A DNA stretch of 64,000 bases from Dehalococcoidia bacterium (GCA_963664375.1 OY761449.1:1547087-1611086); one strand, 5' to 3'. Positions 1 through 8,816 are shown, counted from the first letter of the stretch. Numbers and translations are program-made. The notes: generated from the letters alone by a model not told the origin.

Positions 1-159
1 CGCAGGTGCGTCACGTACAGCAGCAGGCGATCACCCTGCGAGATTCGCTGTACCTTTCTCCGGTGCTGGGATTTCAGGCCCAGGACATCGAAACCGCGCC
101 CCTGGGTAATGCGAAAATTCCGCTCGTTGTTGGCAATCATCCAGAAGTTGCTTGGCATA
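1..159 (-). CDS. hypothetical protein, 5' end only (possible PUA/EVE-like fold)
   Basis: ATG at 159 on the minus strand opens a GC3-rich frame that runs off the window edge (MPSNFWMIANNERNFRITQGRGFDVLGLKSQHRRKVQRISQGDRLLLYVTHL). Only 53 codons are visible. It looks more protein-like than the antisense ORF 6..206. Confidence 0.3.
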
Positions 160-409
160 GCCCCTCTGGGAGCAAATTGACCGCTAGAGTCTTGGATTTG
201 GACTAAAGCACCATTCTACCACGCAACCCAGAAGGGCATGGCTTGCCAAGCGCGCTTGATACAGCCCATATCGCTGGCCCGTCGAAAGCGCGATGCGCAA
301 TCACGTCCTTGTAAAAAATAAGCCGCGCATGCTAACCTGATGTGTCTATCGACGATCAAGTTGCGGGCATTGCTATGCTTCCGGTCCGCGAAGAGAGAGA
401 TTTCCGAAA

Positions 410-619
410 ATGCGTTGCCAGATTTGTTTGAAGTCAGGGATGAGCGGCAATAACGTCAGCCACTCCAACCGGCACACCAAGACGCGCTTCAAGGCCAACG
501 TCCACAAGCAGACCATCGACCGCGACGGCACCCCGGTCACGGTCAAAATATGCAGCCGCTGCCTGCGCTCCCTCCACAAGTCCCCCAAGGTCCGCAAGGC
601 GTTCGCCGCGATCAAGTAG
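410..619 (+). CDS. rpmB: 50S ribosomal protein L28
   Basis: 69 aa, basic. The N-terminus MRCQICLKSGMSGNNVSHSNRHTKTRFKANVHK matches the L28 pattern (C..TGK....GNNVSHS...TKRRF.PN). Confidence 0.85.
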   Translation: MRCQICLKSGMSGNNVSHSNRHTKTRFKANVHKQTIDRDGTPVTVKICSRCLRSLHKSPKVRKAFAAIK

Positions 620-716
620 CGCCTGCGCCGCGGCGATTATCGTCCACTGGGTAAGGCCGTGGCGATTGCCGTGGCCGCTAGTCGTGCTTACCCATTGCTG
701 GCGAATTGGAGGAACA

Positions 717-1046
717 ATGGAAGAGGGCGCCCGGAAGTTCACTGTGATTCTGGAGCCGGACGAGAGAGTCGGGTATGCCGTTCACTGTCCGGCACTGCCC
801 GGCTGCTCCAGCCAGGGGGAGGATCGAGAGGACGCTCTGGCAATGATTAAGGAAGCGATTGAGCTTGTACTCGAAGTGATCGAGGAACGTAAGCCGCAAG
901 AACCCGACCTGGAATTTGTGCTGGAAGAAACCCCTGCTTTGCTGGCGGAAGAAGTGCGCGAGATCTTGGAATATCGTGCGGAGTGTGATTTGCCTTTGAT
1001 TGTCGAATTCGCAGAGGTTACCGTGTCAACAGCCGTTCCGGTGTGA
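717..1046 (+). CDS. hicB: HicB-family antitoxin (UPF0150)
   Basis: Internal ATG at 717. FTVILEPDERVGYAVHCPALPGCSSQGEDREDALAMIKEAIEL is the typical HicB N-terminal domain. Its stop lies 1 nt before the hicA start. Confidence 0.8.
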   Translation: MEEGARKFTVILEPDERVGYAVHCPALPGCSSQGEDREDALAMIKEAIELVLEVIEERKPQEPDLEFVLEETPALLAEEVREILEYRAECDLPLIVEFAEVTVSTAVPV

Positions 1047-1047
1047 A

Positions 1048-1275
1048 ATGCCACGCACACCCGTAGTATCCGGGCGCGAGGCGGTTCGGGCCTTTGAGCG
1101 GGACGGATGGCAGTTCGTGCGGCAAACTGGCAGCCATGTAATTCTGACAAAGACGGGAGTTGCCCCGCATCTATCCATCCCCAATCACCGGGAAGTTTCG
1201 ACCCACACTCTTGCGCGGGAAATCAGGAAAGCCGGACTGACTACTGCCGAATTCATTGCGCTGCTCAACCGCTAA
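1048..1275 (+). CDS. hicA: HicA-family mRNA interferase toxin
   Basis: 75 aa. The SGREAVRAFERDGWQFVRQTGSHVIL....HLSIPNHREV motif belongs to the YcfA/HicA family. ATG at 1048 directly follows the hicB stop. Confidence 0.85.
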   Translation: MPRTPVVSGREAVRAFERDGWQFVRQTGSHVILTKTGVAPHLSIPNHREVSTHTLAREIRKAGLTTAEFIALLNR

Positions 1276-1994
1276 AGCAGCCCGGCCAGGCACCCGCGCA
1301 TACCCCGCATTGCCTCCGGAACCGATTCCCTGTTGTTGAAAATCGCGCTCCCTGCTACCAGGATTGTCGCCCCGGCCTTCACGGATTCCTGCGCCGTCCA
1401 GTCGGCCTTGACTCCCCCGTCGACCTCCACCTTTGCAGACAAACCACCGTCGTCAATCGCCTTCCGCAGCCTTCGAATCTTGTTCACGCTTTCGGGGATG
1501 AATGACTGACCAGCAAACCCCGGGTTGACCGACATCACCATCACGATGTCGAGAATAGAGAGCACCTCCTCAACCGCTGCGACCGGCGTGGCCGGGTTGA
1601 TGGCAACCCCCACCTGATTGCCCTGTTCCTTAACGTTGGACACGGTGCGATGCAGGTGCTGGCAGGCCTCCGCGTGCACCAGGATCTGGTCGGTCTCGGA
1701 CTTCAGGAACGTGGACATCAGGGCGTCCGGTTCCCTGACCATCAGGTGAATGTTCAAGGGCAGGTGCGTAGCGGCGCGAATGGCGTCCACCACCACTTCG
1801 CCGAAGGAAATGTTGGGGACAAACACCCCGTCCATAACGTCCACGTGGATGAGGTCGGCGCCCGCTTCGGTGGCGGCCTGCACCTGCTCAGCCAGCCGGC
1901 CAAAGTCGGCAGACAGCACCGACGGAGCGATTAAGATTCCTGGATTCCCGCTTTCTCTGGAATGACGGGAAATATCAGCCGCCATTGCCCGCAC
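1272..1994 (-). CDS. rpe: ribulose-phosphate 3-epimerase
   Basis: IAPSVLSADFGRLAEQV......GADLIHVDVMDGVFVPNISFG and VNPGFAGQSF motifs. The N-terminal ~20 codons run through a REP2 element and overlap the argH stop, so the start (1994 or 1985) is uncertain. Confidence 0.9.
   Translation of the reverse strand: MRAMAADISRHSRESGNPGILIAPSVLSADFGRLAEQVQAATEAGADLIHVDVMDGVFVPNISFGEVVVDAIRAATHLPLNIHLMVREPDALMSTFLKSETDQILVHAEACQHLHRTVSNVKEQGNQVGVAINPATPVAAVEEVLSILDIVMVMSVNPGFAGQSFIPESVNKIRRLRKAIDDGGLSAKVEVDGGVKADWTAQESVKAGATILVAGSAIFNNRESVPEAMRGMRGCLAGLL
1934..1968. repeat. REP2 hairpin element within the 5' end of the rpe ORF
   Basis: gattcctggattcccgctttctctggaatgacggg is translated as SRHSRESGNPG. 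Confidence 0.65.
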
Positions 1995-3363
1995 TCTCCA
2001 AATTTATCTCCGCCCTCGCCAGCGCCTCGGCCACCCGGTTTGGAGCCGTGCCTCCGGGAACATCCCGGGCCGCCGCAGAGGACTCCGCGGTGATCTTGTA
2101 CACATCGCTTTGGAACAGCGGCGAGTACTTGTGATATTCGGCAATCGGCAGGTCTTGCAAGCCGATTCTCTGCTCATCGCAGTGGCGGCACAACTCACGC
2201 ATAATGCCGTGGGCTTCCCGGAACGGCACCCCCTTGCCCACCAGGTAGTCGGCCAGGTCGGTGGCCAGCATGCCGCTCTCCCCGGCCAGCGACTCCACCC
2301 TGTCCGCGTTCAGGGTCAGCCCCGGAAGCATGGCCGCGAAGACTTCGATGGTAGTTTGGAGGGTATCCACCGTGTCGAAGAACCCTTCCTTGTCTTCCTG
2401 AAGGTCGCGGTTGTAGGTCAATGGCAGGCCCTTCAGCGTTGTCAGCAGCCCCATCAGGTCGCCGTAAACCCGCCCGGTCTTGCCGCGCGCCAACTCCGCG
2501 AAATCCGGGTTGCGCTTCTGGGGCATGATGCTGCTGCCGGTGGTGAATTCGTCGGCCAGCCGGATAAATCCGAACTCGCCGCTGGACCAGAGGATAAGTT
2601 CCTCCGACATCCGCGAGAAGTGCATCATGCAAAGCGCCGCCGCGGACATGAACTCCACCACGAAATCGCGGTCGGACACCGCGTCCATGCTGTTGGCGCT
2701 GATGGCGGCGAAGCCCAGTTCGCGGGCCAGGAATTCGCGGTCAGTGGGATAGGGCACCCCCGCCAGCGCCCCGCTGCCCAGGGGCAAAACGTCCGCCCGC
2801 TTGCGGCAGTCCTCCATCCGTCCGATGTCCCGCTGGAACATTTCGAAGTAGGCCAGCATGTGATGGGCAAAGAGCACCGGCTGAGCTCTCTGCAAGTGCG
2901 TGTACCCGGGCATCACCACGCCCTGGTATCCCCTCGCCAGGCCCAGCAACGCCCGCTGCACGCCGCGCAGGCCAAAAGTAGCGTCGGCTATGACCTCACG
3001 GGCGTACAGGCGCATGTCCAGCGCGATCTGGTCGTTGCGGGAGCGTCCCGTGTGCAGCCGTCCGGCCGCCGGGCCGATGAGCTGGTGCAGGCGGCGCTCT
3101 ACGTTCATGTGCAGGTCTTCGAGCGCGGCGTCCCAAGGGAAGACGCCGCTCTCGATTTCCCGCTTGACCAGCTCCAACCCGCCGACGATGGCCGCGGCGT
3201 CTTCCTCGGCGATGATGTCCTGCCGCGCCAGCATGCGGGCGTGGGCCATCGACCCGGCGATGTCCTGCCGGTAGAGGCGCCGGTCGTAGTGGATGGAAAC
3301 CGTGTAGGCTGAGAAATCTGTCATACGATTGCCCACTATAACCCGGCGGGATTGGCGGCTCAA
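1975..3363 (-). CDS. argH: argininosuccinate lyase
   Basis: 462 aa. HTGRSRNDQIALDMRLY and GSSIMPQKRNPD are fumarate-lyase/ASL signatures. Confidence 0.95.
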   Translation of the reverse strand: MSRQSRRVIVGNRMTDFSAYTVSIHYDRRLYRQDIAGSMAHARMLARQDIIAEEDAAAIVGGLELVKREIESGVFPWDAALEDLHMNVERRLHQLIGPAAGRLHTGRSRNDQIALDMRLYAREVIADATFGLRGVQRALLGLARGYQGVVMPGYTHLQRAQPVLFAHHMLAYFEMFQRDIGRMEDCRKRADVLPLGSGALAGVPYPTDREFLARELGFAAISANSMDAVSDRDFVVEFMSAAALCMMHFSRMSEELILWSSGEFGFIRLADEFTTGSSIMPQKRNPDFAELARGKTGRVYGDLMGLLTTLKGLPLTYNRDLQEDKEGFFDTVDTLQTTIEVFAAMLPGLTLNADRVESLAGESGMLATDLADYLVGKGVPFREAHGIMRELCRHCDEQRIGLQDLPIAEYHKYSPLFQSDVYKITAESSAAARDVPGGTAPNRVAEALARAEINLESAGNGG

Positions 3364-3549
3364 GTGGCAAGGTGGTATGCTGGTAACGTCACAACCGCGC
3401 CCGGATGGTTTCCCGGTTCATTCGCAAGGGATTGACTCCTCGTCACTGAGGGGCGACGTGGCTTGCCACTCGCCCCCGAGTGGTCCCTTGCGGGAACGGA
3501 ATGCGGTTGTGACGAATTGCAGTCTGCGCCACGAGGGGGCACTTTCATT

Positions 3550-4029
3550 ATGCGCAAGGTATTGAAATGGGGATCCATTGGCTGCGGTGGTCTGATTGGA
3601 CTAATCGTCGTAGTGATAATTATCGTGGCAGTAGCTGGTGGTGTCGAGGATGCTCAGAAGTCAGAGGTAGATCCCACTGCTGTCGCAATTGACTGGAACA
3701 CACTTAAAGACACGGCGGAAAGAGTCTCCTATGAAAACCTCTTCAGGAATAACGAGGAATGGAAAGGGAGGAGAGTATATTACAGAGGTAAAATCATTCA
3801 GGTAATTGAAGATAGCGGCAACGAGTTTCAGTTGCGAGCGAATGTCACGAAAGGAGAATTTTCTTGGGATGATACCGTATTTCTACGGTATTCAGGCGAG
3901 CGGCTTTTGGAAGACGACGTAATCGAGTTTGTAGGGAGAGTCAATGGTCTAATAAAGTATGAGGCCATCTTTGGAAACGAAGTCACTATCCCAGACATCA
4001 CTATCATCCAATCCCGAAGGATGCCGTGA
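3550..4029 (+). CDS. hypothetical membrane-anchored protein
   Basis: Start taken at MRKVLKWGS. It has one N-terminal TM helix (GLIGLIVVVIIIVAVAGG) followed by a soluble domain. The DNA is visibly more A/T-rich than its neighbours. Confidence 0.5.
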   Translation: MRKVLKWGSIGCGGLIGLIVVVIIIVAVAGGVEDAQKSEVDPTAVAIDWNTLKDTAERVSYENLFRNNEEWKGRRVYYRGKIIQVIEDSGNEFQLRANVTKGEFSWDDTVFLRYSGERLLEDDVIEFVGRVNGLIKYEAIFGNEVTIPDITIIQSRRMP

Positions 4030-4206
4030 GGCAGGGTCCGATACTCGCAATGAGTGGACGAACGTCAACAATGGCACAGCGTGAACAAATTTGGCGGCGG
4101 TGGCTTCCGAATCCCGCTATGCGATGGCTTTCCGGTCTGATATGCTGAATATACTGCAACAACGGGAGTTGCTGGGGAGATTCAATCTCGGTCTCTGGAG
4201 GAATCG

Positions 4207-4512
4207 ATGGAAGAAAAACAGTGGCCGCTTGGCGAATCCGAAGCCGGATTCGGGAAAATGCTAAGAAACCAATGGCAACTTGAAGAGGCCGAAACCAGGT
4301 TCCGGGAAATGCTGGCGGAAAGCGACGAGAAAGGCCCCATTATCATCGTCGAAAACGGTGTTAAGATGGGTGCGCTCTTGCCCTTTGAGCATTGGCGCCG
4401 ACTGGAGCTGAGGGCCGGGCCGGATCCGCTCCTGGCAGCGGAGCCACGCACCGAGAACTTGGCCGCGCCGCGCCGTCCGCTCCCAATGCGGCCGCCGCCT
4501 GTTTTTGATTAA
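4207..4512 (+). CDS. Phd/YefM-type antitoxin (VapB-like)
   Basis: GGAGG RBS 6 nt upstream. The W.LEEAETRFREML....GPIIIVENGVKMGALLPFEHWRRLE pattern fits this family. Its stop is 3 nt before the PIN toxin gene. Confidence 0.6.
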   Translation: MEEKQWPLGESEAGFGKMLRNQWQLEEAETRFREMLAESDEKGPIIIVENGVKMGALLPFEHWRRLELRAGPDPLLAAEPRTENLAAPRRPLPMRPPPVFD

Positions 4513-4515
4513 CAA

Positions 4516-4920
4516 ATGTTCCTCATGGACACCAACGTGATCTCCGAACTCCGTCGGCAACGCCCGCACGGAGGGGTATTGGCGTGGCTTGACAGCACAC
4601 CCCGCCATATCGTATTCCTGCCCGCGGTGGTTATCGGAGAAATACAGTCTGGAATAGAAATAACGCGCGAACAAGATACTTACCGAGCAAGGGAACTGGA
4701 GTCTTGGCTGGAGACATTGATATTGGCTTACCGGGTATTGCCGATGGACTTTCAGATTTTTCGGGCGTGGGCACGTCTCATGCACCGGAAATCAAACACC
4801 CTCAACGCCGATGCGATGATTGCCGCCACTGCCATCGTCCATGGCTTTACCGTCGTAACCCGCAACGTCAAGGACTTCGAGCAGTTCGGTGTCGCTTTGC
4901 TAAACCTTTTCGAAGGTTAG
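4516..4920 (+). CDS. vapC: PIN-domain toxin VapC (FitB-like)
   Basis: MFLMDTNVISELRR....L.....D.MIAATAIVHGFTVVTRNVKDF shows the canonical PIN acidic residues. Confidence 0.85.
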   Translation: MFLMDTNVISELRRQRPHGGVLAWLDSTPRHIVFLPAVVIGEIQSGIEITREQDTYRARELESWLETLILAYRVLPMDFQIFRAWARLMHRKSNTLNADAMIAATAIVHGFTVVTRNVKDFEQFGVALLNLFEG

Positions 4921-5000
4921 CTTGCTGCGTGCTATCAAGACGTCCGCTAATCCTTCCACATCGGGAGCTGATTCCCGTTGGGGCAACAACTGCGCGACGC

Positions 5001-5363
5001 TTACAGGGCCAGAGGAACGACCGTCGACGCCCGCAGCCTGCGATCGCGGGTAAGCAGAGGAACACGGTGGACGACACTGGTAGCTGCGATCAATTCGTCA
5101 GCGGGGTCGCTCCTGAAGTCGAGTTGGGTTGAGGCCCGGGCAATTGCCAGGTCAATAGGCCACACGTGCAAGCGGTCCAATAGGTCAATCACTTCTCGAT
5201 CTTCAAAGTCCAAGTGGATTCGGCTCAGTTGGACTAGTTTCGCTAGCTCCCACAGTACAACCGCCGAGATTGACCATTCTTCCCGATCCAGTAACACTTT
5301 TTCATCAGCCCTGAGCGTTCCATTAACGATGTAGACCACTATCTGAGTGTCCAGATTCAGCAT
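5001..5363 (-). CDS. PIN-domain toxin (VapC-like)
   Basis: MLNLDTQIVVY...WEL....DPADELIAATSVVHRVPLLTRDRRL fits a PIN fold. It overlaps the upstream antitoxin gene. Confidence 0.75.
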   Translation of the reverse strand: MLNLDTQIVVYIVNGTLRADEKVLLDREEWSISAVVLWELAKLVQLSRIHLDFEDREVIDLLDRLHVWPIDLAIARASTQLDFRSDPADELIAATSVVHRVPLLTRDRRLRASTVVPLAL

Positions 5364-5598
5364 CCCAGCGAATCCCCGTAGAAAAAATGTCGCCGTGTAT
5401 CTTGATTTTGTCCCGCAGGCTGCCGTTCAGGATATCTTGCCTCCACTGATAGTCCTGTTGCAGGTCGGGGACTTCGCTCAGTGGGGTGACTTTGGCGATG
5501 GGCTTGCCGTCTTGGGTAATGGTCAAGCCCTCGGCACTTAGCTGGGCCAGCAACTCCAGGCAATGTTCTTTGAAGTAGGCCGCTCCGACAGATTTCAT
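5323..5598 (-). CDS. antitoxin partner of the PIN toxin (Phd/YefM-like)
   Basis: 91 aa, MKSVGAAYFKEHCLELLAQLSAEGLTITQDGKPIAKVTPL. It lies immediately upstream of and overlaps the PIN gene. Confidence 0.6.
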   Translation of the reverse strand: MKSVGAAYFKEHCLELLAQLSAEGLTITQDGKPIAKVTPLSEVPDLQQDYQWRQDILNGSLRDKIKIHGDIFSTGIRWDAESGHSDSGLHR

Positions 5599-5677
5599 AA
5601 TCCTCTCCCTATAATGTGGATGGTATCATACGCCAGATGTTGCCGGTAAACTACGGCAAGCCGCCTGGAGTTCTTGC

Positions 5678-6697
5678 ATGAGAGTAACGCACCGCCTGGC
5701 ATCGAGTTCGCTGGCCGCCATTCCCGCCGAGGCCGCTTGGGCCGAGGCCATCGGCTACGACGCGCTGTCGAAGAACGAGACGGCCCACGACTCGTTCATC
5801 CCGCTGACGTTGGCCGCAACGTCCACCACCAGGGCCATGCTGCAAACCAGCGTGGCCATCGCCTTCCCGCGGTCGCCGATGATCGCCGCCTATACCGCCC
5901 GCGACCTGCAAGACCTGTCCCAAGGCCGGTTCCGGCTGGGGTTGGGAACGCAGGTGAAGGGGCACATCGAACGGCGGTTCTCCACGTCGTGGGAATCGCC
6001 GGGGCCTCGCCTGCGGGAGTACGTGCAGGCGCTGAAGGCCATCTGGTCGGCGTGGGAAACCGGGGAGCGCCTGAATTACCAGGGCAAACATTACCAGTTT
6101 ACCCTGATGACCCCGTTCTTCAGCCCGGGTCCCGGCGAATTTCCTCCCCCGCCGGTGTTTGCCGCCGCGGTCAACGCCTACAACTGCCAGGTGGCCGGTG
6201 AGGTGGCCGACGGACTGATGTTGCACAGCCTAACGTCGCCGGAATACGTCCGCGACGTGGTGCGCCCGGCGCTGGCCCGCGGCGCCGAACGCGCTGGCCG
6301 CGACGCTGGCGGGATCACGGTGAGCGGCGGCGGGTTCCTCATCACTGGCCCAAACCGCGCGTCCCTCAGAGCCGCCCAAGCCGAGGTGCGGCGGCGAATC
6401 GCCTTTTATGCCTCTACCCGCACCTACCACACGGTGCTGGCGGCTCATGGATTTGAGGAAATCGGCCAGCGGCTCCACGAAATGTCGCTGCGCGGAGAGT
6501 GGGCGGAGATGGGCGAGCTGGTCAGCGACGAAATGCTGCACGCATTCGCGGTTTCCGGTGAATACGACGAGATTGCCGGTGAATTCGCCAGGCGGTACGG
6601 GGGACTGCTGGACGAAGCGAGCTTTACGCTATATTCTGAGCAACCTCTTGGTGAATCGGACTTGCGGAGGATTGTCCGAGACTTTCGGGAGTTGTGA
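5678..6697 (+). CDS. LLM-class (luciferase-like) probable F420-dependent oxidoreductase
   Basis: 339 aa. The AEAIGYDALSKNETAHDSFIPLTLAA...GRFRLGLGTQVKGHIERRF pattern is typical of F420-dependent LLM oxidoreductases. Confidence 0.8.
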   Translation: MRVTHRLASSSLAAIPAEAAWAEAIGYDALSKNETAHDSFIPLTLAATSTTRAMLQTSVAIAFPRSPMIAAYTARDLQDLSQGRFRLGLGTQVKGHIERRFSTSWESPGPRLREYVQALKAIWSAWETGERLNYQGKHYQFTLMTPFFSPGPGEFPPPPVFAAAVNAYNCQVAGEVADGLMLHSLTSPEYVRDVVRPALARGAERAGRDAGGITVSGGGFLITGPNRASLRAAQAEVRRRIAFYASTRTYHTVLAAHGFEEIGQRLHEMSLRGEWAEMGELVSDEMLHAFAVSGEYDEIAGEFARRYGGLLDEASFTLYSEQPLGESDLRRIVRDFREL

Positions 6698-7761
6698 CTG
6701 AAATGCCTGCCGATTCCAGCTTCGCCCACCTCGTGGGTTCAGTGCCCCTTGCCGACTCGGAGACCGTCTTCCGCACGGTGGCTGGCACTCTGGGCCCGCA
6801 CCTGCGGCGAATACCCGACGGCGAGACCGGCGAGCGTATCCGCTGGATATGGTTCCAGCGCGAGATGCTGCTCAATCATCCCGACATGGAAATCGACGAG
6901 GACGCGGGCCTTTTCGCCGTATACCAGTGGGACGGCGTACTGTTGCGGGAGTCGCCCTACGTCCGATTCAAACCCTCCGTTGACCCGGACAAGGTACGCT
7001 TTCCCACTGGTTACGCGGAAGCTGCCACTGCGTCCTACGCCACTTTTTCGCGGCTGCGAGACGAGGGAGCCATCGGGCAGGAGGTTCTCTTTCAAGTCTC
7101 CCTGCCCACGCCCATGGCGACAGGTTTCATGTACGTCAGCGACGCCGCGCGCGATGCCTACCTGCCCGCGTACGAGCGGTCGCTGACGGAGGCGCTGGAC
7201 GGAATTCTCGCCGCGGTGCCGCACGAACGGCTCTCCATCCAGTGGGACGTGTGCCAGGAGGTGCTGCTTTTCGAGGACTACTTTTCGTACCGTCCTGACG
7301 ATTACAAGGAACAGGTATTCGATGAACTGGGTAGGCTGGGCGGGAAGGTGCCGGAGCCGGTGGACCTCGGCTTCCACCTCTGCTACGGTTCGCCCGCCGA
7401 CGAGCACCTGGTAATGCCGGAAGGCATGGGGATCCTCGTCGAGATCGGCAATGGGCTGGCATCCCGTTTGCAACGGCGGCTGGACTTCCTGCACTTGCCG
7501 GTGCCGAGAGACCGCACCGACCGGGAATACTTCCTACCCTTGCAGGGCCTGGACATTTCCGGGGACACCGGCATCATTCTGGGACTCATCCACCACGATG
7601 ACGCGCAGGGCGATGTCGCAAGGATAACGGCGGCGCGGGAATTCCTGCCCACCTTTGGCGTAGCCAGCGAGTGCGGCTGGGGACGCACCGACCCCACGCG
7701 CGTTCCGGGCCTGCTGGAAAGCCACCGCCGGGCCGTGGAGCACCTGAACCGGGCGGGCTAG
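6694..7761 (+). CDS. hypothetical protein, MetE-C-terminal/UROD-like with putative Zn motif
   Basis: GTG at 6694 overlaps the LLM stop (GTGA); ATG at 6703 is an alternative start. FHLCYGS and ASECGWGR resemble the His/Cys...Cys Zn ligands of cobalamin-independent methionine-synthase-like proteins. Confidence 0.5.
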   Translation: MTEMPADSSFAHLVGSVPLADSETVFRTVAGTLGPHLRRIPDGETGERIRWIWFQREMLLNHPDMEIDEDAGLFAVYQWDGVLLRESPYVRFKPSVDPDKVRFPTGYAEAATASYATFSRLRDEGAIGQEVLFQVSLPTPMATGFMYVSDAARDAYLPAYERSLTEALDGILAAVPHERLSIQWDVCQEVLLFEDYFSYRPDDYKEQVFDELGRLGGKVPEPVDLGFHLCYGSPADEHLVMPEGMGILVEIGNGLASRLQRRLDFLHLPVPRDRTDREYFLPLQGLDISGDTGIILGLIHHDDAQGDVARITAAREFLPTFGVASECGWGRTDPTRVPGLLESHRRAVEHLNRAG

Positions 7762-7796
7762 CGGTTCAACTCATCGGAATTGATGGCTTTCTATCC

Positions 7797-7860
7797 GCTT
7801 ACCCTGAGCCTGTCGAAGGGCTGTCTGTTCGTGGTTCGACAAGCTCACCATGAACGGACT
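7797..7860. repeat. REP-like element, family 4 (translates as PEPVEGLSVRGSTSSP / ...RQAHHER)
   Basis: The intergenic sequence accctgagcctgtcgaagggc...gttcgtggttcgacaagctcaccatgaacgg is a repeat type widely seen as junk ORFs in many genomes. Only one copy is in this window. Confidence 0.5.
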
Positions 7861-7898
7861 TCCGTTTTCCATCAAATCAACGGGGATGGTCTGCTAGC

Positions 7899-8711
7899 TC
7901 AGGAATAGAGGAAACGCCACTCCGTGCTGCCCAGTCCGAACCGGATGCGGCGGAAGGCCTCCGTGTATGGCACGCCGCTCTTTTCGCTGTAGCGGGTGGC
8001 GTTGTTGCTGATGCGCGACAGCCGCTCCTCGGTGGTCGCTGGCGACATCTGGCTGGCGTGCGCCTCTAGCGAGAGGGTCTTGGCCTCCAGGTAGTTGCCT
8101 ATCTCGACAAACACGTCGGGCGACTCGCTGCCCCACATGTAGGCCTGTTCCACCATGTGGGGTTCCAGCCCCTCCCCGGTAATCTGTTCCGGGAAATGCA
8201 GGTAGCTCCAGGCATAGGTGAACGCCGCATCCAGGGCAACCTGCCCGCTCTTGCGGTGGTCCCTGTGCGTGTGGCTGGTGCTGCGGTACGGGTCGATGCA
8301 CAGTATGGTGTCGGGCTTATAGCGTCGGATCTCCCGCACCACCTGGCTGCGGAACAGTTCGGTGTCCTCCAGCCCGCCGTCGGGGTGGCGGAGGAACACC
8401 ACGTCCTTGGCTCCAATGATCTCGGATGCGGCCAGTTGCTCCTCCTCTCGAATCGCGGCCAGCCTCTCCGGGGTAAGATCGCGCTCCTGGGTGCCCTTGT
8501 TGCCGTTGGTGCACATCACCACCACGGCCTGGGTGCCGAATTCCCTAACCCACTTGGCCAGCGCGCCGCCGCAACCGCCCTCGCAATCATCGGGGTGCGG
8601 CGTGACCGCCAGGGCCACCCGGGGCGCCGTGGTCAGTATCTCGAAATCCTCGCCATCGTTTCCGGCTGACGGGACAGGACCGGACATGCCGAATTGCGTG
8701 TTCTGGAGCAT
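7899..8711 (-). CDS. PIG-L/LmbE-family N-acetylglucosaminyl deacetylase
   Basis: ALAVTPHPDDCEGGCGG and HTHRDHR motifs. Start chosen at MLQNTQF (8711); the longer ORF to 8816 runs toward a REP element. Confidence 0.8.
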   Translation of the reverse strand: MLQNTQFGMSGPVPSAGNDGEDFEILTTAPRVALAVTPHPDDCEGGCGGALAKWVREFGTQAVVVMCTNGNKGTQERDLTPERLAAIREEEQLAASEIIGAKDVVFLRHPDGGLEDTELFRSQVVREIRRYKPDTILCIDPYRSTSHTHRDHRKSGQVALDAAFTYAWSYLHFPEQITGEGLEPHMVEQAYMWGSESPDVFVEIGNYLEAKTLSLEAHASQMSPATTEERLSRISNNATRYSEKSGVPYTEAFRRIRFGLGSTEWRFLYS

Positions 8712-8816
8712 AAACTGGTTCCTTTTCCCATTTTTCTCGGAAGGTGGGCCTATCGCCTTATGCCGAAGACATGCCGAACATGACAGCATCCGATGTTCCT
8801 GAAAAAGCAGAGGCAC

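Noticed and set aside
6-206. 66-aa plus-strand ORF at the window start
   Set aside because: The translation is not protein-like. The opposite strand has an ATG at 159 with a GC3-rich frame running off the edge, so the plus ORF is treated as an antisense shadow.
300-340. Possible promoter for rpmB (TTGTAA ... TGCTAACCT)
   Set aside because: The -10 match is only 3 of 6 and the spacing is ambiguous, so it is too weak to report as a feature.
2110-3312. 400-aa plus-strand ORF, together with similar long antisense ORFs at 15715-16524, 33169-34437, 34816-36378, 39232-40506, 40727-41635, 51529-53046, 54877-56328, 57323-58654, 58449-59855 and 61348-62472
   Set aside because: Each overlaps a confidently identified gene on the other strand or frame and has the R/G/A/P-rich composition of GC-rich shadow frames.
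7830-7845. tRNA-like GGTTCGA motifs (also at 36873 and 45325)
   Set aside because: No acceptor or anticodon stems can be built around them. They belong to a REP element, the T-box leader and intergenic sequence just downstream of the GXGXG-protein gene, respectively.
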